A program made the position numbers and the translations under genes. This document shows, in pieces, positions 27,807 through 39,356 of a stretch of 64,000 nt of DNA. Under the pieces are notes generated by a model. It did no database searches. It saw only the letters and a program-made list of their open reading frames with translations, and was not told the origin of the DNA. The DNA is from Euprymna scolopes. Taxonomy: Eukaryota. The first letter of the stretch is position 1. The number at the start of each line of letters is the position of its first letter. The stretch lies in the NCBI GenBank assembly GCA_053919585.1, contig CM132800.1; one strand, written 5' to 3'.

Positions 27807-28869
27807 ATAATGAATCATTATTACTTGAGCCAGACAATCAAGCTCAGTTTATGCAGATATACTTTCTAGACAGAGAATGTGGTATTGATGTACGGATGAA
27901 TTTGTACCGGAACATTAAGGTACGTCGGAACATCATAGAAAATATCAAGTACATGCTAAGACGTGATAACTATGTGATTGCATTTCAACAAACTAAAGCC
28001 ATGATCCTGCAATGAAGATAACTAATGAACACAAAAGGTGATACAATACTCAAATGAAGTAGAAATAATTATTCTAAATAACAGTGAATAGCAAATGACA
28101 TTACGCAACATTATGTTGAGAGAGGTAGACAACTTCAAACACTATCGGAATATTACCGATCATATAATCTACTGCAGTATGATGGCAAAAATGGCTGGCA
28201 TCCTAAGATGACAATGACAATTAACCAAAAATTAACTGCTATACATTGTTATGCTTCGTGATGAGGAATTTAACCAGGTATTAAAAGGTAGAAGATTGTT
28301 TTCGCTATCGATATGGCAGGAAAAATTGAAGTAGATCATTTGAACTATATTAGATTGAATCAAACCTCTCTTAGATCTATAGCTTACAGATGTTTTGTGG
28401 ATGACCTAAATGATCATGATGATCTTAGTATTACATTAGCAGAAAAGTTATTTTGTCATCAACATTTGTTGGCGGTCCACAATATATATTGGAAATATGT
28501 CAAGATGCTATGATGTATGTTAGAAAATATGAAAATGCAACTTTCTTCATCAGAAGGACATGCAATTCAAACTGGCTTGAGATTAAAGATAATCTAATTG
28601 AGAACTAACTGCCTCATGAAAGACCTGACTTAATTGCAAGAATTTTTTATTAAAAAAGGAAGCTTTTCATTAAATATTTAATAGGATCACAAGGTCTGTT
28701 GGGTAATTGCATTACCTACATTCTAAGTATTGAATACCAGAAAAGAGGTTTATTGTTTCATCCAATGCCAGTAGGCTTAAGTGAAACGTGAACAAATTCC
28801 ATGGATTCTTTCCTGTATTTTCTAATGGCTGGAAATACTTGATGCTTCACCAAAGCTATCAAGGATATC

Positions 28870-29096
28870 TTTTATCATGACGTCATCACTAGATGGGTTG
28901 CCTACCCCAGCTTAAAAGAGGCCCATCTACCCTCGAGAGAAGGCTAGACCGTGCCAGTTTCCCAACCTGGTATTTTTACCTTGCGGTACATACAGCGCCT
29001 TGCCTTCCCAAATGGTCACTCATCTGGTACTGGCCAGGCTCAATGTTGCTTAACTTTGGTGATCTGGCAAGAATCGGTGTGTCAACGTGATTGTGC
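28870..29096 (-). mobile_element. 5S rRNA-derived SINE (SINE3-like); 5S-related head 29096-28989
   Basis: Minus strand cacgttgacacaccgattcttgccagatcaccaaagttaagcaacattgagcctggccagtaccagatgagtgaccatttgggaaggcaaggcgctgta aligns along a metazoan 5S rRNA including boxes A and C, followed by a non-5S body. Confidence 0.8.
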
Positions 29097-29099
29097 AAT

Positions 29100-30021
29100 A
29101 TATATAAAGAGGTTTACCATACATATATTGCCTGCTATGGATGGAAGAATTTAAACCCACACCCCAGAATTATGATGACTATATTCAAGCTGAAATACAA
29201 AGTCAAAACAAAGATCCAGAATGACACGTAGGATACATGGACTAAACTGCAATGGTACATCTTTGTGCTGGAAAAAAGGAAACTGGTCAAAGAGGTACCC
29301 AAAACCAAATAAGGATCAAACAAGATGTCGACATGATTCATACCTTATTTATAGGTGAACGTCGCTAGAAATGGGAGGTCATCAAGGTCACAGTATCAAG
29401 TGCGAGTAAATGGGAGCAATAGAGTAACATTGCGCAACCGTCAGTTTCTTCATAAAATATACCCGATTGTGGATGGCCCACATTACGCCATACTAAGAAC
29501 TTCAAACCTGTTTATAAAACCTGATCCCCCACAGGAACAACTTCCTCAGAAGCAATGGAGGTCAAACGGCACATCAACGTAGAATTGCCCAGCGAGCATG
29601 AAGAAGAAATGGAAGTTAATGATACCACAGGAGAATATACACACCCAGTCAGTTCACTTCCGTTAAGGAAACCTTCATGTCGGAAAATTAGAGCACCAAG
29701 GAATTTATCACCACAAATTTTTTAATTCACATAAACATGACTTCAGCAATTCATCTTGAGGTCATGAGAGGGAGAGACATGTATAGATATGAATTATCTG
29801 TCCGTGACAATATGAAGCAACCAGAGTGATCTCCTCTGAACAGGAAGTGATTAGAGTGATCTCTCCCAAACAGGAAGTGATTAGAGTGATCTCCCCTGAA
29901 CAGGAAATAACTAGAGTGATCTCTGATTTCTATAAAGTGTGGGCGCAGACATTTGTATTTTGTATTGAGCTCACCACGAGCCGGAAAGGTACAATCTTCC
30001 GCTTTACTCAACTCTCACACA
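29100..30021 (+). mobile_element. Gypsy 3' fragment with PPT and LTR (29780-30021) containing a 30-bp tandem repeat (29823-29925)
   Basis: QYQVRVNGSNRVTLRNRQFLHKI tail motif; PPT gagagggagaga; TG..CA; agagtgatctc at 29823/29853/29883/29913. Confidence 0.75.
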
Positions 30022-30744
30022 TATGATCTGAATTCAAAGGAAAAGCGATAGAAAGCCCAATGCACAACTTGCACAACTCTTAAATATTTTAAAAGTTATA
30101 AATATTTGCCAAAATAATGAATTTGTCAGAACAATCTATTACTTGGAGGTACCAAAATACTGTGTGGCAAAATAAGAAATGACAAAGAAGAAAAGTGGGT
30201 AGGAGAATAGTTGATGATCACTGAAGAGTTTTTTAAGCAAATATTTTTGGTCGTATATACAGTCTCACCAAATAGTATTCAATTGTACTTTTTGCACCTA
30301 CTACTACATTATGTAAATGGACAATCACTGGATATAAACAATGGAGAATGCAGAAAGAAGAATACCGAAAGTAATAAGAGACTTGTTCATTGTGATACTC
30401 TTAAACACAGACTGTTCAAATCCTCCTGAGTTGGAGGAAAGATTTTCTAATTCTATGGCAATGGATCACCACAATGCAATGCAAAGCCAGTCATGTTCAT
30501 CAATAAAAATGCCATTGACACCACATTGAGGTACGTACATGATTAACTTTGTGCTGCTAGCAATTTACTGCAAGACTTTAGATTGCCTTTGCATTAGAAT
30601 CTACCTACTGTGATTCAAATAAATAGAGCCATAATTGATAAGCAAAGCTACAATATAGCAGAGCAAATGACATATGTAAACACACACCAACATTTATTAA
30701 ATGAGGAGCAATCAATCATCTATATGTATATTTGAATTCAGCAT

Positions 30745-31279
30745 CTTCTTCAGGTATATCTTGTCGAACTTGTGAATTTGGATGGAATTTCGAGCGAAAC
30801 CCTTTATTTACTTCACGGGGGTAGCGTGCTCTTGTTCCGTCAGCCATGACTGGATAGAGGTCCTAAGTAATTTTTAAGTCGTCCACACTGAGGATTAAAC
30901 CTTCAACCTTCCGGAGAATATCACTTTTACAATTTATTTTTCCCAGTATTCTAACCACTAACCGGGAACTCTAAGTAGGACAATTCTAGTACGAATTTTA
31001 GGAGCCTTAAACCTACTTTTTATTTCTAGTCATAAATATCACCATTTATTACTAATTATTACTATATATTAATGTATATCTATCTCTATACTTATTACTT
31101 GTATATATTAATGTTTTTTTTTTTTTTTAACAAAAACATCCCCGAGTTCGACAAGATACACCTGAAGAAGGTTGGAGGTTATATCGACCGAAACGTTGTG
31201 AAAATCACTCAAGATGAGAACAGTAGTCCGATGAATAATAATACAAACAACCAATCCTCATCTCAAAAATTCAGAAACG
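30745..31279. mobile_element. Penelope-like element pLTR fragment with inverted arrangement (copies at 36074-36606 and 41399-41931)
   Basis: 26-bp inverted overlap cttcttcaggtatatcttgtcgaact (30745-30770) vs agttcgacaagatacacctgaagaag (31145-31170); hammerhead core in the plus part. Confidence 0.75.
31157..31202 (+). ncRNA. Minimal type-I hammerhead ribozyme motif (Penelope-type)
   Basis: CAC-CUGAAGA-stem II (GGUUG/CGACC)-GAAAC-GUU-GUG; palindromic minimal stem III AACGUU. Confidence 0.7.
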
Positions 31280-32397
31280 TCATTTTCATTTTTGTTACAA
31301 AATTACCTTCTTTCTCAGAAAAAATAAAAAGACTTAAAATAATGTGTTCCTAGTGTGAGTTCTGATAATACGGACATTTGTATCCGAATGCAATAGCAAC
31401 GAAATAACAAATTTATGTTTATTCTGTTTGACACAAACACTTTTTTGTATTCATATTTGTGTCTGTGCCACCAGCTTTAACAACACCCAAACAAAGTACA
31501 ATAACAGGACAGCTAATCACCAAAAAAAATTGTCTTCTCCATTTAGAAAAGAACGTGTGGAAGAGGACAATTCTGCTATGAAATCACATCCATCAACTGA
31601 AAAAATGAAAATTATTAAAAATGCTGAAGAATCTCTTATTCCTTAATCATATGGGAAGATGACCCTGGAGAAATTACTATAAATTTGTTAGAAAATGGCC
31701 TTCTCTCGCATCAAAAACAAAAATCATTTTAAAAATCTGTTTCAAATTTTAGCACTGAGAACAAAGAAAATTTATATCCTCACTACAACAATAACAAATT
31801 ATGTTTGTCACAAACACTTCCTTGATTTACATTTTTTGTTTTTACACAAACTCCGACAGAATTTTGAATTTTGCTATTTTGCAGGTCATTTCTAGTCTAT
31901 TGTTTGTATGCACAATGTCACCATGAAAGGAAAGGTCAACAAAAATAGGACAGCTAATCACCAAAAAGAATCGTCTTCTTCATTTAAAACAGAACATCAA
32001 CGCAAGAAACATTACTGCCAATTTTTCAGAAAATGGCCTTCTCACTCATCAAAAACAAAAAGGGTTTCAAAATCTGTTTTAAATTTTTGCACTGAGGACA
32101 AGAAAATTTATATCCTCACTTCAGCAACAACATAAATTATGTTTGTTCTGTTTTTTAATTTAGATTTGTGTTTGTGCCACCAGCAACAACAGCATCCAAA
32201 TATAGAGTACCATTTCCTGGATTTAAAACTAAAGAATCCCCCAAATCTTCATTATATGGGAAGATGACCCACGAGAAATTACTGCCAATTGTTCAGAAAA
32301 TGGCCTTCAACTTTATCAAGAACAAAAAAGGTTTTAAAAAATCTGTTTCAAATTGTTGCACTGAGGACAAGAAAATTTATATCCTCACTTCAGCAAC

Positions 32398-33497
32398 AAC
32401 AAGCCGTGTGTGCGTGGTGGCCCTCTTGTGCTGCATGTGAGATGACGCCACAAAAATAGTGAAGAAATGATGAATGTGAGAAGTGTGAAGGGTCAACATT
32501 GCCTTCACATTTTTGCCAAGTTTCAGAAGAATCTAATAGATGGGGCAAAAGTTATGGGGTAAAAAGTGTAATTTTTTGCAATTTGGGGGCATTTGTAACC
32601 CCTTTTGAGCTCCTGGAAATGCTGAATCCCAGTGAAAATGGACAAATGATGCAGTTTCACGTTTTAAGACATGTATATTTGAATTCAGCATCATAGAAAA
32701 CTACTATATAGATATACATATCACGTTCTTGAGTAATATGAAAAAAAGAGCTCCAAAAGGCATGTTTTTTAGCCCTAAAAGACCCAGAGGGATGTGAACC
32801 AAAATTTTGCCAGGGTCACCCATACTGAATTTATATTAAGAACAATAGCCTCCACATTTTGGCTAAGTTTCAGGAAAATCTAATGAATAGATCAAACGCT
32901 ATGGGGCAAAAGGTATAGTTTTGGGACATTTTGGGGCATTTTTTTTACCTCTTTTGAGCCCCTGGGGACGCAGAATCCCAGTGTAAATGAATAACCGTGC
33001 AGTTTCAGACCCTAACACATGTATATTTGAGTTAACCACCGTGAAAAACCACTATATAGTCTGACATATCAAATTTTGGTTGAGAAATATGAAAAAAAAA
33101 AAGACCCACAAAAAGGTGTTTTAAGCACTGAAAGTCTCCGGGGACGCGAACCAGAATTTTGCCAAGATCCCCCATACTGGATTTATATTAAGAACAATGA
33201 GTTCCACATTTTGGCCAAATTTAAAAAAAACATCTAATAGATGGATCAAAAGTTATGGGGCAAAATGTGTCATTTTTGGCCATTTTGGGGCATTTTTGAC
33301 TTCTTTTGAGCCCCTGGGGGCGCAATGGGAATTTTTGTAAAAAAATTCTTTTACTGAGTACATCTATTTAATGAAATACAATTTGTGGCAAAATTTCAGG
33401 AAAAACTAATGGACAGTTATCTGGCAATAGTCCGGATTATTGGACGCACAGAAGCCACTGAAAACATAGGTCACTCTCCGATAAATTGGGGGATCAA
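32398..33497. mobile_element. Non-autonomous Helentron-like (HINE/DINE-type) element with internal ~350-bp tandem repeats (copy at 37725-38826)
   Basis: Clean insertion in the zinc-finger module with no TSD (cagcaac|..|aacataataaattatg); starts aacaag, ends in an imperfect hairpin ctccgataaattggggga; cacatttt..gccaa..tctaat repeats at ~32506, 32854, 33205. Confidence 0.6.
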
Positions 33498-33656
33498 CAT
33501 AATAAATTATGTTTGTTCTGTTTGTCACAAACACTTTCTTAATTTAGATTTGTGTTTGTGCCACCAGCAACAACAGCGCCCAAATACAGAGTACAATTTC
33601 TTGGAAGTAAAACTGAAGAATCCTCCAAACCTCAATTAATTCCTTCATTATATGGG

Positions 33657-33931
33657 TGGGTTGGTTGGTTGTTTTTGTTTTACGGCATATCAACACTTCA
33701 AGTTATTTAATGCCAAATCCAGTGATTTTGAAGAAAAGTCTTTTGATAAAATATATTTGTTTTTTTCAAGTCGGTTTCTATTCAACCCACAGTTGGGACC
33801 CTAATAGGTACTACCACTCCAGGTCAAAGTGGACCTAGGAGCAATGGCAGTTAAAGGGTGGCTCCACACTCCCCAAAGCCTGCAAGCTGGGGCTTCACTA
33901 TCAGATATAATTTAAGGTCATATCCAGGACC
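33657..33931 (-). mobile_element. Short retroposon (SINE-like) with 11-bp TSD (copy at 38986-39256)
   Basis: TSD CATTATATGGG (33646-33656 / 33932-33942); (CCAA)n-type tail on minus strand; ggcatatcaac..ttatttaatgccaaatcc shared with 59640-60520. Confidence 0.75.
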
Positions 33932-36484
33932 CATTATATGGGAAGATGACCCAGGAGAGATTACTGCCAATTTTTCAGAAAATGGCCTTGTCCCTCATTA
34001 AAAAAAAAAAAAAAAAAAAAAAGGTTTTAAAAAATCTGTTTCAAATTTTTGCACTGAGGACAAGAAAATTTACATCCTCACTTCAGCAACAACATAATAA
34101 ATTGTTTGTTCTGTTTGTCACAAACACGTTTTTAATTTAGAATCGCCCAAACCCTCAATTTCATTATATGGAGAGATGATCCAATCCCTCAATTGTATTA
34201 ACACATCTTTGATTGTGGCATCACACTAGCTTTAATTACCATTACGTATGCCATATTAATAATCTCTCGTATGATTCTAAAATTAAGATAATATTACAAG
34301 AATGAGCTATCTGGAGGGCAGCAGAAGAGGAGAAATCCTTCTGGACTGGAGCAATTTTTAGCTTTGTCCCATCGAGGCTGGTGCATTTTGGGGAGATGGA
34401 TATTTTAGAAATTAAACAGACCTTATGTCACATTCAGTCCTTGTGAGAAGATAGTGATGAGAGACTAGGGTGTATTGATTTTGCAATGTAAACTTCAAAT
34501 ACATTTTTCTGTTGAAAAACCACACACTCAACTGAAACTGCAAAAAGGTAATTATATTTAGTTGAAATCCATAGATCATTCATCCCGTGTCAATATTAAG
34601 AACTGCACCAAACCTATGAATTTTAGGTTAAATACAGGTCCAAATGTTACTATAGTTCCCACCTGGTACTTCAGAAAAAATTATACACTCATCCAACTGT
34701 TCTACTATCGACCCTTGCCCTTCTGAGTATTGAGAAGTGTGAAAAAAAAGGAAAAAATATAACAAAAAAAAAAGGGAGTAAGTTTATCAGCAGAACAAAC
34801 GATAGTTGTTCACAAAGGGACACAAAAGAAAGCTTGATTGGGATTGTTGATCAGTGTGTAGTGGTGACAGGATTGAGTGATTGGTCAATATATTTATATA
34901 TATTTTAGGTTGAGAAGAAAGTTTCTGCAGAATTTTTAATTTTGATTTCAAATGATGTGATTTCAAATGATGTGATTTCAAATAAGTTTTCATTATAATA
35001 CCTTTACTTTATGTATCATTTTAAAGAGCTTTTTTCGCTCTATCTAAATGTTTAAATTATAATTGTTTTAAAACAATTATTTCTTCTTTTCAAAATGTTG
35101 AATATAAAATAGAAAAAAGAAAATGCACACAATTTTCTTATTTTAATTCAAGCTGGCCGAAAAGCTGCTGAAACAGCTTGCAAGTGTTTGGCCCAGAAAC
35201 ACTACTGAACGCACAGCACAATGGTGAAATTGAGATGATAAACGTAGTGGTGACCATCATATGTTTACAATGATCAATTAAGAGTCTTGATCAAAGCTAA
35301 TCCGTGCAGAACTGTTTGGAACTTGCTTCTGAATTAGATGTAATGTATACAACAATTTTTAGCCACTTGACAGAGATTGGAAAAACAAAAAAACTTGATA
35401 AATGGGTGCCTCACGACAACCAAAAGAAATGTTGTTTTGAAATGTCATCTTCTCTCCGTTTACATAAGAATGACCCATTTCACAACCAGGTTGTGACTTT
35501 CAATGAAAAGTGGGTTCTTTACAACAACCGGTGATGCTCAGCTCAGTGGTTAGACACCGACAAAGCTCCACAATACTTCTCAAAGCAAGAGTTGAACCAA
35601 ATAGTATTCAATTGTACTTTTTGCACCTACTACTACATTATGTAAATGGACAATCACTGGATATAAACAATGGAGAATGCAGAGAGAAGAATACCGAAAG
35701 TAATAAGAGATTTGTTCATTGTAATACTCTTAAACACAGACTGTTCAAATCCTCCTGAGTTGGAGGAAAGATTTTCTAATTCTATGGCAATGGATCACCA
35801 CAATGCAATGCAAAGCCAGTCATGTTCATCAATAAAAATGCCATTGACACCACATTGAGGTACGTACATGATTAACTTTGTGCTGCTAGCAATTTACTGC
35901 AAGACTTTAGATTGCCTTTGCATTAGAATCTACCTACTGTGATTCAAATAAATAGAGCCATAATTGATAAGCAAAGCTACAATATAGCAGAGCAAATGAC
36001 ATATGTAAACACACACCAACATTTATTAAATGAGGAGCAATCAATCATCTATATGTATATTTGAATTCAGCATCTTCTTCAGGTATATCTTGTCGAACTC
36101 GTGAATTTGGATGGAATTTCGAGCGAAACCCTTTATTTACTTCACGGGGGTAGCGTGCTCTTGTTCCGTCAGCCATGACTGGATAGAGGTCCTAAGTAAT
36201 TTTTAAGTCGTCCACACTGAGGATTAAACCTTCAACCTTCCGGAGAATATCACTTTTACAATTTATTTTTCCCAGTATTCTAACCACTAACTGGGAACTC
36301 TAAGTAGGACAATTCTAGTACGAATTTTAGGAGCCTTAAACCTACTTTTTATTTCTAGTCATAAATATCACCATTTATTACTAATTATTACTATATATTA
36401 ATGTATATTTATCTCTATACTTATTACTTGTATATATTAATGTTTTGTTTTTTTTTAACAAAAACATCCCCGAGTTCGACAAGA

Positions 36485-36530
36485 TTCACCTGAAGAAGGT
36501 TGGAGGTTATATCGACCGAAACGTTGTGAA
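36485..36530 (+). ncRNA. Minimal type-I hammerhead ribozyme motif, copy 2
   Basis: Same core; stem I extends to 5 bp (UUCAC/GUGAA) in this copy. Confidence 0.7.
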
Positions 36531-39320
36531 AATCACTCAAGATGAGAACAGTAGTCCGATGAATAATAATACAAACAACCAATCCTCATCTCAAAAATTC
36601 AGAAACGTCATTTTCATTTTTGTTACAAAATTACCTTCTTTCTCAGAAAAAATAAAAAGACTTAAAATAATGTGTTCCTAGTGTGAGTTCTGATAATACG
36701 GACATTTGTATCCGAATGCAATAGCAACGAAATAACAAATTTATGTTTATTCTGTTTGACACAAACACTTTTTTGTATTCATATTTGTGTCTGTGCCACC
36801 AGCTATAACAACACCCAAACAAAGTACAATAACAGGACAGCTAATTACCAAAAAAAATTGTCTTCTCCATTTAGAAAAGAACGTGTGGAAGAGGACAATT
36901 CTGCTATGAAATCACATCCATCAACTGAATAAATGAAAATTATTAAAAATGCTGAAGAATCTCTTATTCCTTAATTATATGGGAAGATGACCCTGGAGAA
37001 ATTACTATAAATTTGTTAGAAAATGGCCTTCTCTCGCATCAAAAACAAAAATCATTTTAAAAATCTGTTTCAAATTTTAGCACTGAGAACAAAGAAAATT
37101 TATATCCTCACTACAACAATAACAAATTATGTTTGTCACAAACACTTCCTTGATTTACATTTTTTTTTTTACACAAACTCCGACAGAATTTTGAATTTTG
37201 CTATTTTGCAGGTCATTTCTAGTCTATTGTTTGTATGCACAATGTCACCATGAAAGGAAAGGTCAACAAAAATAGGACAGCTAATCACCAAAAAGAATCG
37301 TCTTCTTCATTTAAAACAGAACATCAACGCAAGAAACATTACTGCCAATTTTTCAGAAAATGGCCTTCTCACTCATCACAAACAAAAAGGGTTTCAAAAT
37401 CTGTTTTAAATTTTTGCACTGAGGACAAGAAAATTTATATCCTCACTTCAGCAACAACATAAATTATGTTTGTTCTGTTTTTTGATTTAGATTTGTGTTT
37501 GTGCCACCAGCAACAACAGCATCCAAATATAGAGTACCATTTCCTGGATTTAAAACTAAAGAATCCCCCAAATCTTCATTATATGGGAAGATGACCCACG
37601 AGAAATTACTGCCAATTGTTCAGAAAATGGCCTTCAACTTTATCAAGAACAAAAAAGGTTTTAAAAAATCTGTTTCAAATTGTTGCACTGAGGACAAGAA
37701 AATTTATATCCTCAATTCAGCAACAACAAGCCGTGTGTGCGTGGTGGCCCTCTTGTGCTGCATGTGAGATGACGCCACAAAAATAGTGAAGAAATGATGA
37801 ATGTGAGAAGTGTGAAGGGTCAACATTGCCTTCACATTTTTGCCAAGTTTCAGAAGAATCTAATAGATGGGGCAAAAGTTATGGGGTAAAAAGTGTAATT
37901 TTTTGCAATTTGGGGGCATTTGTAACCCCTTTTGAGCTCCTGGAAATGCTAAATCCCAGTGAAAATGGACAAATGATGCAGTTTCACGTTTTAAGACATG
38001 TATATTTGAATTCAGCATCATAGAAAACTACTATATAGATATACATATCACGTTCTTGAGTAATATGAAAAAAAGAGCTCCAAAAGGCATGTTTTTTAGC
38101 CCCTAAAAGTCCCAGAGGGATGTGAACATAAAATTTTGCCAGGGTCACCCATACTGAATTTATATTAAGAACAATAGCCTCCACATTTTGGCTAAGTTTC
38201 AGGAAAATCTAATGAATAGATCAAACGCTATGGGGCAAAAGGTATAGTTTTGGGACATTTCGGGGCATTTTTTTTACCTCTTTTGAGCCCCTGAGGACGC
38301 CGAATCCCAGTGTAAATGAATAACCGTGCAGTTTCAGACCCTAACACATGTATATTTGAGTTAACCACCGTGAAAAACCACTATATAGTCTGACATATCA
38401 AATTTTGGTTGAGAAATATGAAAAAAAAAGAAGACCCACAAAAGGTGTTTTAAGCACTGAAAGTCTCCGGGGACGCGAACCAGAATTTTGCCAAGATCCC
38501 CCATACTGGATTTATATTAAGAACAATGAGTTCCACATTTTGGCCAAATTTAAAAAAAACATCTAATAGATGGATCAAAAGTTATGGGGCAAAATGTGTC
38601 ATTTTTGGCCATTTTGGGGCATTTTTGACTTCTTTTGAGCCCCTGGGGGCGCAATGGGAATTTTTGTAAAAAAATTCTTTTACTGAGTACATCTATTTAA
38701 TGAAATACAATTTGTGGCAAAATTTCAGGAAAAACTAATGGACAGTTATCTGGCAATAGTCCGGATTATTGGACGCACAGAAGCCACTGAAAACATAGGT
38801 CACTCTCCGATAAATTGGGGGATCAACATAATAAATTATGTTTGTTCTGTTTGTCACAAACACTTTCTTAATTTAGATTTGTGTTTGTGCCACCAGCAAC
38901 AACAGCGCCCAAATACAGAGTACAATTTCTTGGAAGTAAAACTGAAGAATCCTCCAAACCTCAATTAATTCCTTCATTATATGGGTTGGTTGGTTGTTTT
39001 TGTTTTACGGCATATCAACACTTCAAGTTATTTAATGCCAAATCCAGTGATTTTGAAGAAAAGTCTTTTGATAGAATATATTTGTTTTTTTCAAGTCGGT
39101 TTCTATTCAACCCACAGTTGGGACCCTAACAGGTACTACCACTCCAGGTCAAAGTGGACCTAGGAGCAATGGCAGTTAAAGGGTGGCTCCACACTCCCCA
39201 AAGCCTGCAAGCTGGGGCTTCACTATCAGATATAATTTAAGGTCATATCCAGGACCCATTATATGGGAAGATGACCCAGGAGAGATTACTGCCAATTTTT
39301 CAGAAAATGGCCTTCTCCCT

Positions 39321-39356
<36 letters not shown>

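Larger units (their letters stand above)
26578..30722 (+). mobile_element. Degenerate autonomous Helitron (RepHel) remnant, interrupted by RTE, SINE and Gypsy pieces
   Basis: STPR-like RASETSEQRE; HLRQYNSLF; QFMQIYF; DMAGKIEVDHLNYIRLNQTSLR; ILSSTFVGGPQY..QDAMMYVRKY..TCNSNW..RPDLIARIF; IEYQKRGL; GRIYTVSP..YFLHLLLHYVNG; IRDLFIVIL..SNPPEL; LNEEQ. Confidence 0.85.
31405..34530 (+). pseudogene. Paralog of the 2492-3420 zinc-finger exon with a reiterated linker+C2H2 module (copies at ~36735-39855 and partial at 42060-42750)
   Basis: Acceptor tattttgcag at ~31884; tgggaagatgac..aaatggcctt..cactgaggacaag..tgttctgtttgtcacaaacac module repeated about 4-5 times; YVCSVCHKHFLNLDLCLCHQQQQ in ORF 33385-33639; PQLY*HIFDCG vs PRLHSHIIECG; frameshifted. 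Confidence 0.8.

Noticed and set aside
28989-29096. Functional 5S rRNA gene
   Set aside because: Diverged throughout, 5' end eroded, no oligo-T terminator, single copy; fits a SINE head.
29823-29925. 30-bp repeats resembling a CRISPR array
   Set aside because: Contiguous tandem units inside an LTR, no spacers.
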